Below, piece after piece: positions 17,032-20,000 of a stretch of DNA of 20,000 nt. The first letter of the stretch is position 1; the number at the start of each line of letters is the position of its first letter. A program made the translations under genes and the position numbers. The DNA comes from an uncultured virus (IMG/VR IMGVR_UViG_3300024243_000011) (lineage: Duplodnaviria > Heunggongvirae > Uroviricota > Caudoviricetes). Location: the IMG/VR virus record IMGVR_UViG_3300024243_000011, positions 56,332 through 76,331 of that record; one strand, written 5' to 3'. Under the pieces are notes generated by a model. The model was not told the origin of the DNA. It saw only the letters and a list, made by a program, of their open reading frames with translations, and searched no databases.

Positions 17032-18285
17032 ATGGCATCTTCGTTAAGGAATGTTAATAGGAAGAAAGGTAAGGGTAGTGTTGTTGTAAAAAAAGAGCGG
17101 GCTAGTACCGTTACTGTTGTTAAACCTAATGAAGTTGACATTATCAATAAAAATAAGCTAAAAAAGAATTTAAATAAAAGTAAAAGTGTTAGGCCCGAAG
17201 TTGCAGAAGCCAACATTAATAATTTTTTTGAATATAAATATAATAGTGATAGTGACTTTATTTTAAAATATAGTTATGACAAGTTTAAGTTTAAATTTAA
17301 TTCTGGTAATAGTATGAATAAACCATGGCATATTACTAATATGCCAGGAGGTGTTAGTGACTTTGTTGGTAGGTTTAAGAGTGATAGTTCTTCATTTTTA
17401 GCAAAAGATAGCGGTGCGTGCGACAAATATTTAATAAACTTTAAAGATTCTTACACTAAGTTTTCTTCTAATTATTTAAAGTATGATGTTAGTAATAACT
17501 TTAGTAATGATGTATGTGTGATAGTTGGTGGTGGAAAGACAACCGAATATTTTGATTTTTCTGTTTTAGAATCTCTCAGGAAGATTTATGGCAATGTCCA
17601 CTTATGGTCTTGTAATGGTGGGTCTACTTTTTGTGAGTCCGATTGTGTGTGGTGTTCGTCAGACAAGCGAATACTAGATTTTCAATATAGATCTTTTATA
17701 GATAACAAACCTCAAATTGCCACTATTTTACATTATAGCCATGGGTCAGATGAAGCTATTTTTGATGATAAAATGTTTTTTCATATTAAATATTCTTATG
17801 ATTTACCTAAAAATTATGATGTTTTTAAAAATGATGTTGATAATTTTTCTTTGGCTAGATCTGGTGATGACTTAGGTATGTTTGCTATAAAATCTGCTTT
17901 ATCTTTGGGGTTTTCTAAAGTTTTTTTAGTTGGGTTTGATGGCAGAATTGATTGTGGTTCTTCTAAAGTTAAAGATATTTTAGATAATAATTGGGCTGGC
18001 GATCCGTCATTGATTAGTGCGGAGTATAATAAGATAATAAATTCTAATGATAGTGTTTTTAAAAAGCATATAAAGAAAAGAAACAATCAAAATATTATGT
18101 TATTTAATATGGTAAAAAAATATTGTTGTGAGAATGATATAGAGCTTAAGTGGTTAACTCCGTCAATATATGTTGAGAGGGATAAGGGTCGTTATTTTAT
18201 GAGTTATAAAGATTTGTCTAGAAGGTATATTGATTATGTTAATAGTGTTAAATTTAGTATTGGTGGAGGGCGTGGTGTCAAATAA
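17032..18285 (+). CDS. Maf/DUF115/CstII-like putative nonulosonate transferase with Lys-rich N-terminus (copy 1)
   Basis: AGGAG RBS before ATG 17032. CVIVGGGKT..FDFS.L...WSCN and GMFAIKSALSLGFSKVFLVGFDG resemble the 'iiGnGPSl...d...l...cN' and 'a..lA..LGy.eIyL.G.D' motifs of DUF115/Maf and GT42 proteins. Confidence 0.6.
   Translation: MASSLRNVNRKKGKGSVVVKKERASTVTVVKPNEVDIINKNKLKKNLNKSKSVRPEVAEANINNFFEYKYNSDSDFILKYSYDKFKFKFNSGNSMNKPWHITNMPGGVSDFVGRFKSDSSSFLAKDSGACDKYLINFKDSYTKFSSNYLKYDVSNNFSNDVCVIVGGGKTTEYFDFSVLESLRKIYGNVHLWSCNGGSTFCESDCVWCSSDKRILDFQYRSFIDNKPQIATILHYSHGSDEAIFDDKMFFHIKYSYDLPKNYDVFKNDVDNFSLARSGDDLGMFAIKSALSLGFSKVFLVGFDGRIDCGSSKVKDILDNNWAGDPSLISAEYNKIINSNDSVFKKHIKKRNNQNIMLFNMVKKYCCENDIELKWLTPSIYVERDKGRYFMSYKDLSRRYIDYVNSVKFSIGGGRGVK
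17230..17613 (+). repeat. Direct repeat copy A (pairs with 19614-20000)
   Basis: Manual alignment: about 25 substitutions plus one 3-bp indel over 384 bp. 17495-17613 is identical to 19882-20000. Confidence 0.95.
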
Positions 18286-19324
18286 TAAGGTTAAAATAAT
18301 AGCAGAAGTTGCCTGGGCGCATGATGGTGATCTCGATAAGGCAAAAATGTTAGTTAAAAATGCATCGTTGGCGGCTGTTGATATAATTAATTTTCATATT
18401 ACAGACATTCCTTCGTATATAACTAAAGACTATGGTAACAAAGATGGTTTATCTGTTTCTAAAAGAGGTGTAAGTGATATATATAAATTTTTACTAGATA
18501 ACAACATATGTGTTGAAGATATAAATAAATTATTATATTTGTCTAAAAAGTTTAATTTATTAACATCTGTTATGATTAATGACAGTGAATCTTTTTCAAG
18601 ACTAGATTGTTCGTTAGTTGATTATATGTGCATAGCTCCAGCTATTGTAGATGAAAAGTCATTAATTGATAATATACATTTTGCTTTTAATAAGTTTGAT
18701 AATATAAGAAAAGTTTTTGTTAGGTGTGGCGCATCTAATTTTAATGAAATAAAATGTATTGTAAATAAGTTTGGTGGTAGTAATGTTGTTTTATTGCATG
18801 GTGTTCAAAATTTCCCATCTGATGTCAATAGCTTAAATTTGAATTGTTTAGACACTTTAAGCAATAGTTTTGTTGATTGTGATGTTGGCTTGGCTGATCA
18901 CTTAGATGCTGACAGTAGTTTAAGTTTAATTTTGCCATTAATGGCTATCTCTAAGGGATGTAATTATATAGAAAAACATATTACATATTCTAGATTTGAA
19001 AGGGGAGAAGATTTTGAGTCTGCTTTAGAATTAAATGAGCTTTATAAGTTTGTTAATTATGTGAGACAAGCCGAAAATGCTTTGGGCAGTGGAGACATTA
19101 ACAGTTTTTCAGTGAGTGAGTCAAAATATAATTCTGTTGTTAGAAAAAGGTTGGTTGCTAAAAATAAAGTATGTTCTGGTTGTGTTATATCTGCTGATGA
19201 TGTTTGTTTTAAGAGGGCAAATGCAGGCTTTTTTATTGGTGATATTGATAAGGTTGTTGGAAAAATTGCAGTTAAAGATGTTTATATTGATATGTCATTT
19301 GATGAAGAAAGTGTTGGCGAATAA
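18275..19324 (+). CDS. Second, divergent NeuB/SpsE-family protein with C-terminal SAF domain
   Basis: GGAGG at 18265-18269 favours GTG 18272/18275. Motifs IIAEVAWAHDGD, LLHGVQNFP, GLADH, IEKHIT, DFESAL, and SAF-like RKRLVAKNKVCSGCVISADDVCFKR. Confidence 0.85.
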   Translation: MSNNKVKIIAEVAWAHDGDLDKAKMLVKNASLAAVDIINFHITDIPSYITKDYGNKDGLSVSKRGVSDIYKFLLDNNICVEDINKLLYLSKKFNLLTSVMINDSESFSRLDCSLVDYMCIAPAIVDEKSLIDNIHFAFNKFDNIRKVFVRCGASNFNEIKCIVNKFGGSNVVLLHGVQNFPSDVNSLNLNCLDTLSNSFVDCDVGLADHLDADSSLSLILPLMAISKGCNYIEKHITYSRFERGEDFESALELNELYKFVNYVRQAENALGSGDINSFSVSESKYNSVVRKRLVAKNKVCSGCVISADDVCFKRANAGFFIGDIDKVVGKIAVKDVYIDMSFDEESVGE

Positions 19325-19376
19325 TAAAAATATTTTTAATGTATTGTGAGTTTAATTTATAATGGGAGGTTTTTTT

Positions 19377-20000
19377 ATGGTATCTTCATTAAAGAACATT
19401 AGTAGGAAGAAGGAGAGGAAAGAAAAAAAAGAACAGGTTAGCGTTACGGTTGTGGCCAAGCCTAATGAAGTTAGTATTATCAATAAAAGCAAGTTAAGAA
19501 AGAATTTAAGTGTTAATAAAAGTGGAGATATCAATAAAAATAAATTAAAGAAGAATTTAAATATTAATAAAGATAAAGATGTTAAGTTAGAAGCTAACAT
19601 TAATGATCTTGTTGAATATAAATATAATAGTGACAGTGACTTTATTTTAAAATATAGTTATGATAAATTTAAGTTTAAATTTAATTCTGGCAACAACATG
19701 AATAAACCATGGCACATTACTAATATGTCTGGAGGAGGTGCTAGTGACTTTGTTGGTAGGTTTAAGAGTGATAGTTCTGCATTTTTAGCAAAAAATAATA
19801 GTATGTGTGACAAAGATTTGATAAACTTTAAAGATTCTTATATTAAATTTTCTTCTAATTATTTAAAGTATGATGTTAGTGATAACTTTAGTAATGATGT
19901 ATGTGTGATAGTTGGTGGTGGAAAGACAACCGAATATTTTGATTTTTCTGTTTTAGAATCTCTCAGGAAGATTTATGGCAATGTCCACTTATGGTCTTGT
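19377..20000 (+). CDS. Paralog (copy 2) of the 17032-18285 gene; 3'-truncated by the window end
   Basis: Not in the ORF track because it has no stop in the window. GGAGGT RBS at 19365-19370; 208 open codons reading MVSSLKNISRKK...YKYNSDSDFILKYSYDKFKFKFNSG...DVCVIVGGGKTTEYFDFSVLESLRKIYGNVHLWSC. Confidence 0.9.
   Translation, partial: MVSSLKNISRKKERKEKKEQVSVTVVAKPNEVSIINKSKLRKNLSVNKSGDINKNKLKKNLNINKDKDVKLEANINDLVEYKYNSDSDFILKYSYDKFKFKFNSGNNMNKPWHITNMSGGGASDFVGRFKSDSSAFLAKNNSMCDKDLINFKDSYIKFSSNYLKYDVSDNFSNDVCVIVGGGKTTEYFDFSVLESLRKIYGNVHLWSC
19479..19580 (+). repeat. Imperfect in-frame tandem repeat, 2 x 51 bp (17 aa)
   Basis: INKSKLRKNLSVNKSGD / INKNKLKKNLNINKDKD; both units start ATCAATAAAA (19479 and 19530). 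Confidence 0.85.
19614..20000 (+). repeat. Direct repeat copy B (pairs with 17230-17613; runs off the window)
   Basis: Same alignment as copy A; the last 119 bp are identical. Confidence 0.95.

Noticed and set aside
691..18086. Other short minus-strand ORFs and nested + strand ORFs (e.g. 3029-3217, 12433-12636)
   Set aside because: All overlap well-supported genes, lack RBS or recognisable motifs, and are expected shadows.
19116..19349. 77-aa + strand ORF overlapping the end of NeuB2
   Set aside because: It is an alternative frame over the SAF domain with no RBS; the main frame is intact, so no frameshift is needed.
19335..19363. TTTAAT-17 bp-TATAAT promoter before the copy-2 gene
   Set aside because: The implied TSS (~19370) would exclude the strong GGAGG RBS at 19365-19369; likely a chance match in AT-rich DNA.
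17010..19600. Similar minus-strand ORFs 17010-17216 and 19352-19600 as a small membrane-protein family
   Set aside because: They are antisense shadows of the Lys-rich 5' ends of the duplicated + strand genes; AAA/AAG codons read as Phe/Leu on the other strand.
17230..20000. Repeat pair as a diversity-generating retroelement TR/VR
   Set aside because: Mismatches are not adenine-specific (many are C/T, often synonymous). Both copies are in-frame genes with their own RBS, and no reverse transcriptase is present.
1..20000. Alternative genetic code (stop-codon reassignment, as in some large phages)
   Set aside because: Genes are full length under the standard code, and TAA, TAG and TGA all terminate genes right at the next start.
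1..20000. tRNA, rRNA, CRISPR array, transposase or integrase
   Set aside because: Intergenic gaps are all under about 100 bp and no such patterns or motifs were seen.

Overview
This is a very AT-rich (roughly 30% GC or lower by eye), G/T-skewed window in which all ~23 credible genes lie tightly packed on the + strand. Several genes have GGAGG-type ribosome-binding sites, so a bacterial translation system is implied. The first 2.7 kb is a small-gene block: a ParB-like ORF, three hypothetical proteins, an Hc1/histone-H1-like nucleoid protein, a stand-alone Cys-rich sigma-70 region-4 protein and an FmdB zinc ribbon. A near-consensus sigma-70 promoter lies at 1552-1580. The remaining ~17 kb is a glycan-modification cluster. 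It contains a GT-B/GT2 fusion, two further GT2s, a NodU/CmcH carbamoyltransferase, a GT-B-like protein, two cytidylyltransferases (NeuA-like and SpsF-like), two NeuB-family synthases, a LegC-like aminotransferase, a class III aminotransferase, a PglF/CapD-type 4,6-dehydratase, a Gfo/Idh/MocA oxidoreductase and a NeuC-like hydrolysing 2-epimerase. It also has two recently duplicated copies of a Maf/DUF115/CstII-like candidate nonulosonate transferase; the second copy (19377 to window end) is missing from the ORF track. No flippase, polymerase, ABC exporter or obvious membrane protein is present. The best reading, which is an inference, is a large/jumbo phage carrying its own legionaminic-acid-like sugar synthesis and transfer system acting on a cytoplasmic target such as virion proteins or DNA. 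No virion hallmark gene is in the window, so a cellular origin is not excluded. All family calls come from motif recognition by eye, not from database searches.
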